NCBI GenBank assembly: GCA_951406725.2
Contig: OX597814.1
Location: 115,258,001 to 115,322,000 of the forward strand
Direction: 5' to 3'
Length of the DNA: 64,000 bases
Origin: Octopus vulgaris
Taxonomy: Eukaryota
Position 1 is the first letter of the stretch, and every line of letters starts with the position of its first letter. Shown here piece after piece: positions 1 to 14,722 of this stretch. The notes beneath the pieces were generated by a model. It was not told the origin of the DNA and did no database searches. It was given only the letters and a program-made list of their open reading frames with translations. The position numbers and the translations under genes were made by a program.

Positions 1-983
1 GATCGAGAGAGAGGAGGAAAAGAGAATGATGAAGATAGAGGAGTAATAAAAATTGGTGAGAAGAGAAAGAGAGGGAGGGGTGATAAAGGGAGGTCGTGTA
101 ATGAAGGAAGGGAGAAAATGATAAAGAGAGTGAAAACGGGAAAGTGTCAGACATAACAGGAAGTGGTAAAGAATGAGAAATAGTGTAATAATGGAAGTGG
201 GAGAGTAATCCCCAGAGGCAGGTGGGAAGCCGGGTGATAAAAGACCAGAAGCAGAGGAATGAAATGGCGGGAGTAAAAAATGAGTGACAGCCATAAATAA
301 AGGAAAGATAATTAGGGTCAATATATAAAGAAATGGGGTAATTAAATTTGACGTTTGTCTTGCTTGTATTTGACAGATTATTGGGGAAATGCTAAATGTT
401 AATGGCAGTGTAAAGGTTCGATAATCTACTGAATAAAATTCTCATGGACACAGTCAGTCAACCATTCCTTTCAAGAACATCAATCTCTCCCTCTCTCTCG
501 CTCGCTCTCCCCCTCTCTTTTAACTCATCTCGGTAGCTTGTTTGCTTGTTATTTATATATATATATATATATATATATCGACGTACGTATGTTATTTGAG
601 TTTAATTTAAGCTCTTGACAGAGTTCAGACCGGTTGCTAACAAAACAAGACTTTTTGTGTTAAGACAGTTCCTAGCGTTTGTGGCCATATGGTTGAGTTG
701 GTGCGTTGGTTGAACTGTCCTCCGCAATTCCCAAATTTTATTTTGGTTCACGGGAGCAACTGCCTTCCGAAGCCTCATATTGTCGTTAATTGCTCGAAAT
801 GAAGAGTAGATTGGCAGCCGACAACTGATGAAGGGTCATTCTTTATGTTACTTGTCTTGTTTTCCATTTGTTTCTCTCGTTGTTCGCATACCCAAGTTTG
901 CCTTTGTATTTCATGTTGTTCACGTTTTGTGAGATCCTGTACCCATATATGCATATATACATACATATATACGTATGTATGTA

Positions 984-1031
<48 letters not shown>

Positions 1032-1067
1032 TGAACGCCACGCATCCATTTCCAAGTAAGTTTAAAG

Positions 1068-1118
<51 letters not shown>

Positions 1119-1483
1119 TATGAATTGGTAATATCTGTAAGTTGATGATTGAAATGAATTTGCTCCTCCAATTTCTATTTTACATTCAATATTTTACCTT
1201 CCAATATTTTACCTTTGCCCATCTAATACAATAAATGAATTAATTGCATTGCAATTATAAGCATTTATATATTTGGCATTTGGGTGCTTCACCAGCAGTA
1301 TATTGGATAACTGATATCCCATAGTGGGTTACACTCATAACCCCTATCTCACTTTGTACTTTTAAGTTAATTTTTTGAGGAATTGCATTGCTAATTGCTT
1401 ATGTACATGAAGTATCTATTCAATACTTTAAGTGTTGTTAGTATAAGTGAGTGCATTCAAGTATAGTACATCAATTCCTCAGG

Positions 1484-1576
1484 ATGAATATTGCTGGTAA
1501 AATGGAAAAGATTTGGATCAATTCACCAATGAAAGATATACCCATACCTACCAGGGACCACTATACTAAGGAGCTT
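1484..1576 (+). mobile_element. Penelope-like (Naiad-type) ORF N-terminal relic
   Basis: MNIAGKMEKIWINSPMKDIPIPTRDHYTKEL resembles the SxKNIPIP...Y...L start of such ORFs; truncated by (TA)n. Confidence 0.4.
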
Positions 1577-1766
1577 ATATATATATATATATATATATAA
1601 ACAAGTCAAATTGCGATAAAATAAAATTAATTATTATCGCTGGTGAAACTAGCTCAGGCCATATATTATTCATATATCAGTACATTAAAGGCGAAATATG
1701 AGCTAGAAACACAGAAGCTAGATAAATTTAGTGAAATGAAAATAAAAACATTTACTAACTCGGTTC

Positions 1767-1840
1767 CTCTTAGACTGCAGTTTCGTTCTTTTCATCAATA
1801 AATATAATTTATTTGCTCAGGGAGAATTCATCGGTATGAG
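1767..1840 (-). ncRNA. Degenerate minimal hammerhead motif (Penelope-like repeat)
   Basis: Minus strand: CTCATA-CCGATGA-stem II-GAAAC-TGCA-GTC-TAAGAG; core has CCGA instead of CTGA. Confidence 0.5.
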
Positions 1841-2294
1841 CCCTGTTGTTCTGAGATCCTAACTCACTAGAAGCATATATATATGTATGGCTTTGTTAAG
1901 CAGTGCCTATTTTTACAATTCTGTAAATAATAATAATAGTGTAAAGTGGTGAACTGACCGAAACGCTGGCACGCCGGGCGAAATGCTCAGCGGTATATCG
2001 TCTGTCTGAATTCTAATTCCGACTTTGTATTAACAATTATTTATAATTAACAAATTTGTCAATAAATAATTGTTAACTTCCTCATTTCTATTTTCTTTTC
2101 TTCGTTTAATTATATATATATAGGTGTGTGTGCGTGTCTGTGTGTGGGTATGTATGCGTGTATTATCTGTATAAATGTATGCATGCATGCTTACATAAAT
2201 ACATATATACATGTATAAATGTAACTAGCTTGCAAGCTACCTAGATGGGTTTATAAAGACAAACGCAGAAAGCATTTTTAATATTTTATGCCAT

Positions 2295-2340
2295 TTATAT
2301 ATATATATATATATATATACATACGTACATGCATATATAT

Positions 2341-2371
<31 letters not shown>

Positions 2372-2561
2372 CATACATACATACATATATATATATACAT
2401 ACATACATATATATATATATATACATATATACATACATACATATATATATACATACATATATATATATACATATATATACATATATATATATATACATAC
2501 ATATATATACACATGCATATATACATGCATATATACATACATATATACATACATATATACA

Positions 2562-2595
<34 letters not shown>

Positions 2596-2682
2596 CATAC
2601 ATACATACGTACGCATACATACATACGCATACATACATACATACATACATACATACATACATACATACATACATACATACAT
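2295..2682. repeat. Compound (TA)n/(TACA)n microsatellite
   Basis: Directly visible; source of several spurious ORFs. Similar tracts at 5905-6290 and 26240-26560. Confidence 0.95.
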
Positions 2683-3822
2683 TAAAGGATCTTTAATCAC
2701 ATGAACTTCTCATTAAATCCAGTTTTCGGTAAAGCCTCGTTAAAACGGGGCGCAGCGCTGTCGAAGATATCTCTATCTGAGAAAACTAATTAGAGATTGC
2801 CCGTTACTGACTCTTTAATTATGACCAAGATTTACTGGAACTCCCATGAATATGTTAGGCTTCATCTATCCTGAGGTCTAAAGAAGTTGATTATGGTGGA
2901 AGTTATGTTTAAGCCAAACACTTTGATGAGGATTCTGTCTTCCCAAAACAAGTTTCTATAGAACTATTCTTATCTCAGCTGAGATTATCGTAAAGAAATA
3001 CACGAGCTTCAACTAGCAGATGGACTATTCCTGGTTCAGAGACTGAAAAACTGCACCCCTCTGTCCTCTTTTTAATTAAAAGCATTTGGGGAAAAATACC
3101 CTGCTTTGTACATTCTGGAACATTTTCAACAGAGTCTCTCCTTACACTGAGTGTGCAACTTTTTGTTCTACGAGAAACAGCACATAGTGCAACCGCAGTA
3201 TCCTTAAAAAGTAAACTAGACATTCATACTGCTGCCACCAACAGATCTCACTGTCAATAAACTGAAAACATTTTTGCAGTTAGAAAATTCACCGTAAGAA
3301 TTTTCGCTTTATACGACCTCATCATTTTTAATGCTTGACTTTGAATAAAGACTTACCTATTTAATGCTTTTATAAAACCTTTATAAAGCATTTTTTTTTA
3401 ATGCTTATCATTGTCCATTCGGCGGATTTGTCTTTCGGCGAGTTTCCCTATACAGCGAATAATTCCAATTCGCAGTAAATTATGAGCCAACAATTGTTAA
3501 TGCTATTCTATAAATATTCCAAAAGTATCAAATTTCATGAGATTTTATATTAAGACTTTTCCTGTTTATTATGCCAATTTCCTCTCATTCAGCAGCTGGT
3601 CAACATTCGCTAAACCTTGCAGTCCTGAAATTACTATTTTCACCTCTTGGCTTGAACTGCCCAATAAGAACGAGTCTTTCTCATCATGAAATGAAATTAT
3701 TATTTAGAAACTATACCCGCCTTATCAGTTAGCATTATCGCATGCGAACGAACAAACGTGGGTTTTCCAGATGTCAAACATTTAAGAAGGCAGTTTATCA
3801 TTAAACTAGAAATAGAAATAGA

Positions 3823-3872
<50 letters not shown>

Positions 3873-3959
3873 CGAGAATATTTCTTTGTGTAAGAGTTTA
3901 ACAAAAGGCGCAGTGAAAGAGAAAGAATCAAAACATCAGACTGATAATATATATATGTA

Positions 3960-4115
3960 GTGTGTTTACGTCCCCGTAACTTAGCGGTTCGGCGAAAGAG
4001 ACCGATAAAATAAGTAGTAGGCTTACAAAGAATAGGTCCTGGGGTCGATTTGCTCCACTGAAAGGCGGTGCTCCAGCATGGCCACAGTCAAATGACTGAA
4101 ACAAGTAAAAGAGTA
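3960..4115 (+). mobile_element. SINE 3' portion (same tail as 47270-47702 and 55217-55640)
   Basis: gtgtttacgtccccgtaacttagcggttcggc...tgactgaaacaagtaaaagag recurs many times in the window. Confidence 0.75.
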
Positions 4116-4729
4116 TATATGTGTGTGTGTGTGTGTGTGTGTACACACATATATTATCGATGTGTAATTGTAAGAACCATGGATCTAAGTGTAGGAAGTT
4201 TACAAGCTTCGAGCATATATACATAAATATACTATATTAATGATATAATATATATGTACATATATATACATATATATACTGTATTAATGATATAATATAT
4301 ATATATACTATATTAATGATATAATATATATATATATATTATATTAATGATATAATATATATATACTATATTAATGATATAATAGATATATATATATACA
4401 TATATATACTATATTAATCATATATATATATATATATATGCGTATTTGCGTGATTTTTGTGCTAGTGTTTGTTTCCTATCATCGCTTGATAACCGGTGTT
4501 GGTGTGTTTACGTACCCGTAACGTAGCGGTTCGGTAAAAGAGACTGATAGAATAATACCAGGCTTAAAACAAAAAAAAACGTCTGGAGGTCGATTTGTTT
4601 GATAAAAAGCCTTCGGGGCGGTGCCTCGGTATGGACGCAGGCAGATGAACAAAACATTTAGAATATAAAAGATGTACCTATTGCGGTGACGTAATGTGTA
4701 CATCTGAAACTTGTACATTTATTGTATGA

Positions 4730-5120
4730 CTATCAGTATCGCCCGGCTTTGCTCGGATTTGTTTCGACCCTTTAGAATTGGAATTAATGAAAAGTAAAAA
4801 TGTTGTATTATGTATCTTGTTATTCTCTTTAAGTGAACATTTTTTCTGGTTGAAATACACCGAAAAATGGCGACACAGCAGTCAAAAAGTCGCAAAAAAT
4901 AGGGATTTTCATAAAAAAAAAGCACCTTATTTAGGTAAATAATTTTTGGTGTTAACATGGTCCGATTTGAATTGTTTCTTCTACGGAAGGAAGAGCAACC
5001 CTTCTTCTATCATACTCTCTATTTTGGTCAACTTGTGTCGCAGGGTCTCGGAGGAGATAGTGTTAGTTGAAGGCTACCAAACCTGCCATACACAGACAAC
5101 TTCAGCTTTATATATAGAGA
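4730..5120 (-). mobile_element. Non-autonomous Helitron
   Basis: Minus strand starts A|TCTCTATATATAAAGCTGAAG and ends CCGAGCAAAGCCGGG-CGATACTG-ATAG|T (hairpin plus degenerate CTAG); inserted at an AT dinucleotide. Confidence 0.7.
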
Positions 5121-6516
5121 TTTATTATTGTTTGTATCTGAATAGCATATATACGGTGTTACCAAAATTTCTTAAGTGCTTAGGGCCTTTATGGGTTTTA
5201 ATCCGGCCATAAACTCTATGGTTGGAAACAAGGTGTGACGAACAAAATTTAGATTGATAAGAAATTGAACGTACGATTAGTTACTCTAGAAAAGAAACTT
5301 TCAACTTAAAGACAAACTTAAATGTAGCGTGCAGACGGCGACAAGTTCTCTGTGAAAATAAACTCAGTTCCCATTTTAAATATGTTTCAGTGATTTTTAT
5401 AAATGCCAGAACATGACTTCTCTGTTACCTATTTTCTTTCCATTATAGTTGTGAGGTTTACGTTTCACGAATAACAAATCATTAAAGACTTGTACAATAC
5501 CCTGAAATAAATCTGAACTATTTTTATCTCAGTTTCTGGTTTGACTTAATGTAAGACTACACGGAATAACTTTGCGTTTGGTTTTGTCTTGTTTTGTTTA
5601 TTTTTTTTCTTTTGTAAATGTATGAATTGCGCTCTTGTGTATGTGTACTCATATATATATATATATATATATCAATGTATATCGATAGGTGTGTCAGAGT
5701 GCGTGTCAGAAATACGCACACCACAAACCCAGACTCACAAATATCTATGTATACATATGCATACACACCACACACACATATATATACTCAATGTTACAAG
5801 CCAGACAAAAAGAGCGTGTGTGTATACAGAGACACAGAAATAAAAAGAATATTTATCCAACAAATGCAATGTTCAGAACAGATTCTTACTATTCAATATT
5901 ACTGTATATATATGTGTGTGTGTGTGTACATACATACATATACATACATATACACACATATACATATATATACATATACACGCATATACACATATATGCA
6001 CATATACATATATACGTACATATACACACATACATAAATACATACACACATATATACACACATACACATATACATATATAGATATAGATATACACATATA
6101 CCTATATACACATATACACACATATACATATATACAGATATATACTTATACATACATGGATACATATATTTATACGTATATACATACATGTATACATATG
6201 TACATACATACATTTATATACATGCATGTATACATATATACATACATACATTTATATACATACATACAACTATATACATACATATATATCATGAAGTATA
6301 TTTGCCACTTAAATGTGGCTAACCCTTAAGTGTGGATGCTACTATAGCTTGTAGCCTCAGGAAGGCACCTCCTCCAGCTGGCTATTGACACACTTTCTGT
6401 CGAACGGTGCTGGAGGACAAACACAAAGATACACGCACGCACGCACACATAGACATACATACATACATACATACATACATACATACATACATACATACAT
6501 ACATACATACATACAT

Positions 6517-6670
6517 ACGACTGGCTTCTTTTAGTTTCCGTCTACCAATTTCCCTCACAAGGATTTGGTCGGCTCGAGGCTATAGTAAAAGACACACTTC
6601 TATAAAGTGCCACGCAGTGAGACTACCTTGTTGTCTGGAAGCAAACTTCATACCTCACAGCCATACCTGC
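6517..6670 (-). mobile_element. tRNA-derived SINE head, degenerate
   Basis: Similar to 46195-46358 and 47540-47702; further copies at 25033-25186, 37615-37752, 49360-49520. Confidence 0.7.
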
Positions 6671-7285
6671 ACTTACTGTTTTGTCGTTAAATGGCTAGAA
6701 TAGCTCTTCCACGATGTAAAAACTATATTAACAATGTGTGTGCGCGTACGTGCATGTGTGGTTTGTGCTCATATTATGAGTTTGTGATGTAAACGAATAT
6801 AAAAGATGTACCTATATACGACCATAAAGGACTGTAACTCAATATGAAGTCGAACTTTGCCATTCGATAAATGAATTTTGATAAAACAGGTGTCAAACTA
6901 TGTACTGCAAATCGATACAATTAACTAGAGGTCTTTAAGGTTATGCTTCCCCAGCCGAGGCTCAACCGAATGGCTGACACCTGTAAATGAGTAAATTATG
7001 ATACAAACACATTCTTCAGGTAGTTGCTGGCTAAGTCTGGCAGACTAACTTTCAACAGACATTTTTCGGTGCCACTGAATAGAAATTGTTTTAGAATTTT
7101 CTAATAAATAAGCAACAACAAAAGCCATTACAGCGGTTGCAAATAACCACAGTGAAGAAACGTACATAGGAAATAAATTATAGAAACTGCATTCTGTGTT
7201 TATCGTATATTTTCATACATACATACATACGTACATGAGTGTGTGTTTGTATGTGTGCTTATCCCTGTGTATTTATGTACATATC

Positions 7286-7448
7286 TAGAAGAAATAAGGT
7301 ACTCAGAAATCTGGATGGTTTTATATTTACAGGTATTTATCAATATGTCACATGTTTTTATAAATCATATGACATGAATAAATATCTGTTAATATAAAAC
7401 CATCCAGATATAAAACCATCCAGATTTCTGAGCACCTTATTTCTTCCA
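7286..7448. repeat. Short inverted repeat / foldback
   Basis: gaagaaataaggtactcagaaatctggatggttttatat is inverted as atataaaaccatccagatttctgagcaccttatttcttc; a second hairpin lies at 7667-7792. Confidence 0.7.
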
Positions 7449-7791
7449 ATATATAATACCTGTACATCATCTCCAAACCTTCTAATATATATATGTATAT
7501 ATATATATGTATATATATATATATAATGGATCAAATAATCCAGGAGAAAATATTTGCGAAGATATTATTGACTATCATTATCTAGGGTAACAATTAAAAA
7601 TGATAACAGAATCAATAATATAGGCGATAGCCCCCCCCCCCACCCAAAAAAAAAAAACATTAAATATCTGAAAGATTAAAATTAATCAAAGGACATACTA
7701 AATATATCTACCGGCTGGAAATAAGAGTTTTAACTGTTATTTCCAGGAGGTAGACATATTTAGTATTCTTTCATTAATTTGAATCCTTCAG

Positions 7792-7842
<51 letters not shown>

Positions 7843-8424
7843 ATTGCTATATGACATTAAAAAACAAACAGGCAATTTATATTGTTTGTGTGACATAAGA
7901 TAGCAAACATATAGATATTGTGACATTTTTGTGAACTAAAGTCAAGTAATAAATATTACGGATAGTGTTACTGACATAAAACGTTAGTGCAGCTAAAATA
8001 TAATCGAAATATTTTAAATTTTTTCTTCACTCGCCATGTTTTCTCCTTTCATAAATGAAATAAAAACTGAATTTTTTATGTGAAAGTGATGATGATGTTA
8101 TTGTTGCTGTGGTTTCTCTTGTAGCTGCCAACACTGCCGACATGTAGTTACACATTTTCGTTAGAAACGTGTAGTATTTTAATTAATCCCAAAAGGTGTC
8201 GACTGCGGGGGGAAGCAAACTTAAAAGGGGCATACTTAAATACCACAAGGCATTCTCCGCATGTTACCGATTCTCCAATACAACAATAATAATAATGTTG
8301 ATTTCAAATTCAGGGCACACGGCCAGTAATTTCGATGTAAGGGGTAAGTCAACCCCGAAAGGATGAAGGGCAAAGTCGACCCCGACGGAATTATAACAAC
8401 AACGACAATAATAATAATACCAAC

Positions 8425-8455
<31 letters not shown>

Positions 8456-8456
<1 letters not shown>

Positions 8457-8915
8457 AGGGATATGCCAATACACACAGATAGAGAAATTAAGGCCAACAG
8501 ACCAGATATAGATGTCAGAGATCATGAAGAAAAAAAATGCTTCCTAATTGATGTATCAATACCAGCAGATGACAACGTGTCTCTAAAAGAAATGGAAAAA
8601 CTTTCAAAATACAAAGACCTGGAAATAGAGGTAACTCGAATGTGGAATCTAAAAACAGATACAATTCCTATCATAGTAGGTGCATTAGGCATGATAAAAG
8701 AATATTCAGACAAATACATAGCAAAAACACCAGGACTTACAAACACATATAACATACAGAAAATTGCACTACTAGGCACTGCACACATCCTACTCAAAAC
8801 ACTTTCAATACAGTAACCATCAGAGCATCACAACAAATCACAACACATACCCAGGGCACACAGAGCTGTGGTCGGTAGTGAAGTGAAAGCACGATATAAA
8901 AGAAAAACCACTGAA
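8456..8915 (+). mobile_element. 5'-truncated R4/Dong-type non-LTR retrotransposon (restriction-like endonuclease domain + 3' UTR)
   Basis: ORF 8463-8816 with NRPDI...IDVSIP...EKLSKYKDL...PIIVGALG; immediately preceded by (AAT)n, the known Dong target repeat. Confidence 0.85.
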
Positions 8916-8926
8916 TGACGACGACG

Positions 8927-8958
<32 letters not shown>

Positions 8959-9003
8959 AACAACAACAACAACAATGAAATGTTTGTTCCTTTTCTCCAA
9001 CAG

Positions 9004-9155
9004 ATCGCTGTTATTGGATTGCACTTGATCCGCACAATATTGCAGAATCGTTGTTTGCTATTGCTAATGTGATTAGCTTTACACGTGTATCATACGTTCT
9101 ACCGGCGAATGAACATTTTGGACCCATGCAAATTTCATTGGGAAAAATGATAGGG
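9004..9155 (+). CDS. TRPC: TRPC-family channel, first exon found in window (S3-S4 loop, S4, S4-S5 linker)
   Basis: Acceptor ttttctccaacag, donor gtatgt; translates (D)RCYWIALDPHNIAESLFAIANVISFTRVSYVLPANEHFGPMQISLGKMIG, matching the TRPC GPLQISLGRM linker. Missed by the ORF track. Paralogue not assignable. Confidence 0.93.
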
Positions 9156-9968
9156 GTATGTATACACAAATCTATCTCTAGTGTCCTTTAAAGCAATAAA
9201 AAAAACTATTATTGTTTCAGTTGGGAGAGGGGCTATTTATGTTAATTTTGCAATTCATTCTAATGCTAAAGCGTCTTTCAATAACAACAACAATAATGAA
9301 ATGTTTGTTCCTTTTCTCCGACAGATCGCTGTTATTGGTTTGCACTTGATCCGCACAATTTAAATTTTTTCTTCACTCGCCATGTTTTCTCCTTTCATAA
9401 ATGAAATAAAATCTTTAGATTTTTATAGTTTAAAATTTTACTGATTCTTTTGAATGTTTTGACGTTGAAATCTTGCTTTCATTTTATTGGACAATTTTTT
9501 TAATGTCCTGATTGTGATATACCACCCAGTTCTTCATATCTTTAGATATCTCTATCTTTCTTTAATCATTCATATTTTTCATTATTTATTAAGGTATTCC
9601 GGATAGTTTATATTTAGATCTCTTTAAAGATCTTAACGCACTTTTTCTTGAATGGTATTTTCGCGTATCTTAAGTGATGAAGTTTTCTTTTTTAATATTA
9701 ACCTTTCCCTAATATATCGATATTATTTACTGAATATTTATTGAATATTTAGTAAAACTCATAATGTACATCACACTATATTTCTTTTAGTCCTTCTTAA
9801 TTAGATCTCTGGGTTTTTTACTACATTTATAGAATTTATTTTATATGAGAATATTATCTACATCAATCGTTAGAGGTTAAAGAGCGATGAACCTCAGACA
9901 AAAATAATTTTAAATCAGATTTCAAATCTGCTAAGCGTTCCATTGACAATTATTGATAGCCAAGATAG

Positions 9969-10541
9969 GGCGCTATGTCGTTTTGCCCGACGTCACTCAG
10001 TCAAGCGTCTTTTCGTCCACGTCTTTTGGTCCGGCGGCTTTTTGTCCAACGACTGTCCAATTTTAAATAAACTCTTTAGAAAACAAGGTGAAATATCTCT
10101 AATAATATTCACAGAACTATAACGAGCCTCGTTATAGGATTATCTCTGTTAACAGTTTTACTTTCTTTTTCCTTCTCTCTCTCTTAAGTATGTTGCAGCA
10201 CTCTCTATAGCGAGTGTTGCAAATTTAGTGTACACATTTTTAATTTACCCATCCCGAAATGACAAAGTTCATAGTATCGATCAAAAACAAAAGAAAAGTT
10301 GTTGATGAAAGTAATTACTTCTACGACTTTCATGCAAGCAATACAAAACTAGAAAATAATGTTGGAGATGTGATCAAAGAAGGCTGTGTTCACTGCGATT
10401 TCACACGACGTTCACTTTGATTACTAAAGTATTTATTTGTTTAAAATTGGACAAAAATCGTTGGACAAAAAGACGTCGGACGAAAAGGCGTGGACGAAGT
10501 GATGTTGGACAAAGTGACATTGGACGAAAAGTCGGGTCACG
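9969..10541. mobile_element. MITE with inverted ~15-bp subterminal repeats (Mutator-like)
   Basis: Left end has repeated ttttgtcc/ttcgtcc, right end ggacaaaa/ggacgaa; imperfect 9-bp TSD ccaagatag / tcaagatat. Confidence 0.6.
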
Positions 10542-12293
10542 TCAAGATATAGTAGTTCAAATGGACATTTATAGTAGCAATAACAGGTAATCATTGTAGA
10601 TTCTCCAACAGATTTAATTATTTCTCTTAATACAATATATAACTATTATTTCTCTTAATACAATATATAACTATTAAGACAGTATCGCCAATATTTTAAG
10701 TATGATCATAATATATTAGCAATGCATATGTAATCATAACCTTTAATGTGAGTTGAACGACGCTCCACAAAAGCCGAAGATAGCCTGTGGTGGCAAAAGT
10801 CAGTAGTTTTTCATTGGGTTGTTGTGTAGTTGTTTCCCCAGGAATAAAGATACACAAGTAAAAACGATTTTTAAGCACATTCGTAGTTTCGGCCGGAGCA
10901 CTGTCATCATACCAAACTATAGCCTTATCTTGGAGATCTCATGATGGTTAGAACACTGTACATGCTACAGCAAATTCTTAACCACTGCTAAATGAATATT
11001 AATGATAAAGTCTTTTAATGCAGAAAATTTACAAGTACCACAGAGAGATTATAAGCGCTTAACAGTTCGTTTGAGGTTAGAAAGCATCGTTTATTTTTTT
11101 TTCTTTAAACTTGAAGTAAATAATATCGAGGTGGAATTCAGTTTAGTCTTCTAGCGGAAAGTTTATCAGAGTATTTATAACCACGGTAACAGTAAGAGGG
11201 AAGACGCGTGGTCTAGTGGTTAGAGGTGTTGCTTTCGCGATTGCAAGACCGTTGTTTCAATTTCAAGACTGGATGGTGTGTTGTATTGTTAAGCAAAACA
11301 CCCCATTTCCCGTTCCCATAAACCAGTTATCTGTAAATTAGCAACCTTGCGATGGACTGGTGTTTCGTTCAGGGGAATCTTATGATTTCGGTCATTTATA
11401 TTCTATGCTAACCAGGTAACCGACTCTGTGAGTCCTGGGACTCGAGTCAGTAATTTACTAAGAATTTTTTTTTTGTACAAACTCAGTATTTGATGGAGAT
11501 TTAACCATTTTATAGTTATTTAAAACATTGTTTACATCAAAATTATTATAAAGATTTTTAGGAGTGTTTTGTTGTTCTTTAATTATTTATTCTTTTAATT
11601 TAGCTTCCAGATGGATTAAATCCTTCCTCAAAGTTTTTGCATTTTTATATAAATTTAAATGCAAAATATTTACATATTTTCCAATATTTCAGTTATTCAG
11701 AATTTCATTTAGAATTTTTTTTCAGTCATTTCAACCTATTCTAGCTTCCGTTAACATCTTAGAACATTGTTGCATTTTAAGTATTCATTTGGCATTTATT
11801 CATATTTTCCTCTATTTTTCTCTCTTTAGCACAACTAATAGATCTCCAGGTTTGTATGCTAATCATAAGCTGGATGGATAAAATTTCAAAATATTTACGA
11901 ACCCTTTTAAATATAACTGGATATTGACATTCAACCTAAATTGTACCTTGGTCCTAACACTTAAAATTTTCAATTATATCTTTACAAATTTGTATTAATC
12001 TGTAAAACTTACATTTTTCCCCTCATTTGTTTCATTTTTAAACAGTTCTTGAAAATATTAAACTAGGTTATGAAATTTGTTCTTTAATTCTAAATTAATC
12101 TTTACTTTTACAAACAAGAATTAAATTTTGTTTGCATATGTTAATTTGTTGCCATCTTTTTTTATTGATACATTCTGGAAATGTTTTATTATTGCACAAA
12201 TATACGAATATGTTTTGTGTGTGTGTGTGTGTATTTGAGCTTCATATTATTTATATATCGTATATAAATATACAAGTAATTTAACCATCCATG

Positions 12294-12350
<57 letters not shown>

Positions 12351-12505
12351 CATCAGAGGATCTGATATCTAGAAAACAGATACACACACATTATATATAT
12401 ATATATATATTTGTGTGTGTGTGTCTTTACAGATTTTGGAAATGTTTTATTGTTGCGCAAATATGAATATATGTATATGTGTAGGTGTTTGAGTTTCATA
12501 TTATT

Positions 12506-12549
<44 letters not shown>

Positions 12550-12730
12550 GGTATTTCAACCATCCATGTGTGTGTGAGTATGTGCGCTTACAGATTTTGA
12601 AAACGATTTTATTATTGGACAAACATAAAAGTATGTGTATGTTTGTATGTTTGCTTGAATTTAATATCTTTTATATGATGAATGTAAATATACTTTTATA
12701 GATACGAAAACTTACATTTACTATTTTTAG

Positions 12731-12879
12731 GACATTATAAAGTTTGCTGTAATTATAAGTGTCGTTATATTCGCTTTTATGGTGGGTTTATACAACCTAT
12801 ATTGGTACTACAGCATCCGTAAAATAGTTGAGATAAGAGACCATAACGTCAAACCACAAGCTCAGAAATTCTTTGGCAA
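12731..12879 (+). CDS. TRPC: TRPC-family channel exon (S5 and turret)
   Basis: tttttag|GAC...GGCAA|gtgagt; DIIKFAVIISVVIFAFMVGLYNLYWYYSIRKIVEIRDHNVKPQAQKFFG; phase 0 in, phase 2 out, compatible with neighbours. Confidence 0.93.
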
Positions 12880-13281
12880 GTGAGTATTAAATGGTTGTTT
12901 TTTTGTTGTTTTTTTTCATTTCTTTTTTTTTTTTCATTTCTAATGATCATCTTTTACATTTTCAACACTTTCTACCAATAAAATAAGCAAAATCTCGATT
13001 AAAACAGTCTATTGGGTTATTTTCACAAACATATGTTATTTTCTAAGATGTATAAAACATCTTTTGACGTATTTATTTGCATGAGAAAATATAATTGAAG
13101 TTGTTTCATGTTGTTCTTTTTATTTTACTTAAATATTTACTTTGGTCTGATTCTTTGTGAGTTATTCTATTTTTTCATTCCCACTTAAATATTTCTTTTA
13201 GATTGGTTATTTTTTATTATTGAATTTCGTTTCGTTTCTAATAATTTTTCATTTCACGCTCTACGTAGAAAAAAAACACAA

Positions 13282-13291
13282 ATGATAATAA

Positions 13292-13338
<47 letters not shown>

Positions 13339-13377
13339 ATAATAATAGTAGTAATAATAATAATAATAATAATAATA

Positions 13378-13408
<31 letters not shown>

Positions 13409-13413
13409 TAGTA

Positions 13414-13446
<33 letters not shown>

Positions 13447-13522
13447 GTAGTAATAATAATAGTAGTAATAGTAATAATAATAATAATAATAATAATAGTA
13501 ATAATAATAATAATAATAATAA
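13282..13522. repeat. (AAT)n/(AGT)n trinucleotide microsatellite
   Basis: Directly visible. Confidence 0.95.
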
Positions 13523-14648
13523 AGCAATCCCGGCTTTAATTAATACTTTGAAATTTAGTTGTTTCTTCCATGAAAATTTTCTTACAGTTTATTTCGAGAA
13601 CGTTAAACAAAACACTTCATGTTTGGTATTTTAACCATAGTTTTAATAACACGTTGAAATACAGTAAATATCCGTCTTTGTTTTTATTGCTGCCATTGTT
13701 ATTGTGGCACTGCTGCCTCCTTTAATAGAATCTCGGTGAAAATTAGTAGATACCACGCAAAACAATACGAAATAAACCTCTTTATCAATGAGAGCATTCG
13801 ATTTGTTTCTCAAAAGTATTCTCGCCTTTTTACATAATTTTCTTTTTATTCCATTGCATTCCTCCTACAAAAATTTGTTCATAATCATTTTTTTTTTCTT
13901 TTCGGTTATTTGCCGCCTGTTTTGTAAACAAACATTTCCAATGTTTTCTTTCTAACAACTACAATCTCCAGTTAATTTGTTCCATACTCTTTCACCTATG
14001 ATCGTGTGTAGCGTTAAAATATAAACACCTTCTCGGGATATTTTTTTTCTACGAACAATGCTCTTAATGTTTTTGAAAATTCTAGTTATTCTATGAATAG
14101 GGGAAAACATGACATAAATAATTAATGCAGCTTTAAAATAACGTTTCTTTTCCTTTTTTTTTTTTTGGTTTGCAAGATTCTTGGTGGGAAATCATGTATT
14201 GAAACATATTTTTGTTTTTTCTTCGAAGGGTCATTTTACTAATAAGAAATACACGTAGTGGTTATATTTCACTTTAACTACTTAACCAATAAATCCGTTA
14301 ACTAATTGATTGTTTGATTAATTGTTTAATAGACCAATCAATTAGTTTGTTTGTCAAAATATTTTCGTCGCCTTATCAATAATATTAATATATTTCTCAC
14401 CTAAATATTAATATCAAAATTATTCACTATAACTTCGTTATTAATTTCTTTGTTGTGTACTTTGACATTAACAGTGACATATTCTGAGAAACTTATCAAT
14501 CACCGTAGCTATACTGCTTTTTTCTTTTCGTTCATTTTTTCGTTTTTCTTTTCAAAAAGTTTATTTTAAAATGAGTGAGAAAATAACGTATGCTATTTCA
14601 TTATTGAATGAATAAGCACTGGAAATAGCCGAGCGTATAATACTAAAT

Positions 14649-14720
<72 letters not shown>

Positions 14721-14722
<2 letters not shown>

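Noticed and set aside
1-9003. Upstream TRPC exons (ankyrin repeats, S1-S3)
   Set aside because: No segment with the expected motifs and splice sites found by eye; probably outside the window, though a small exon could be missed.
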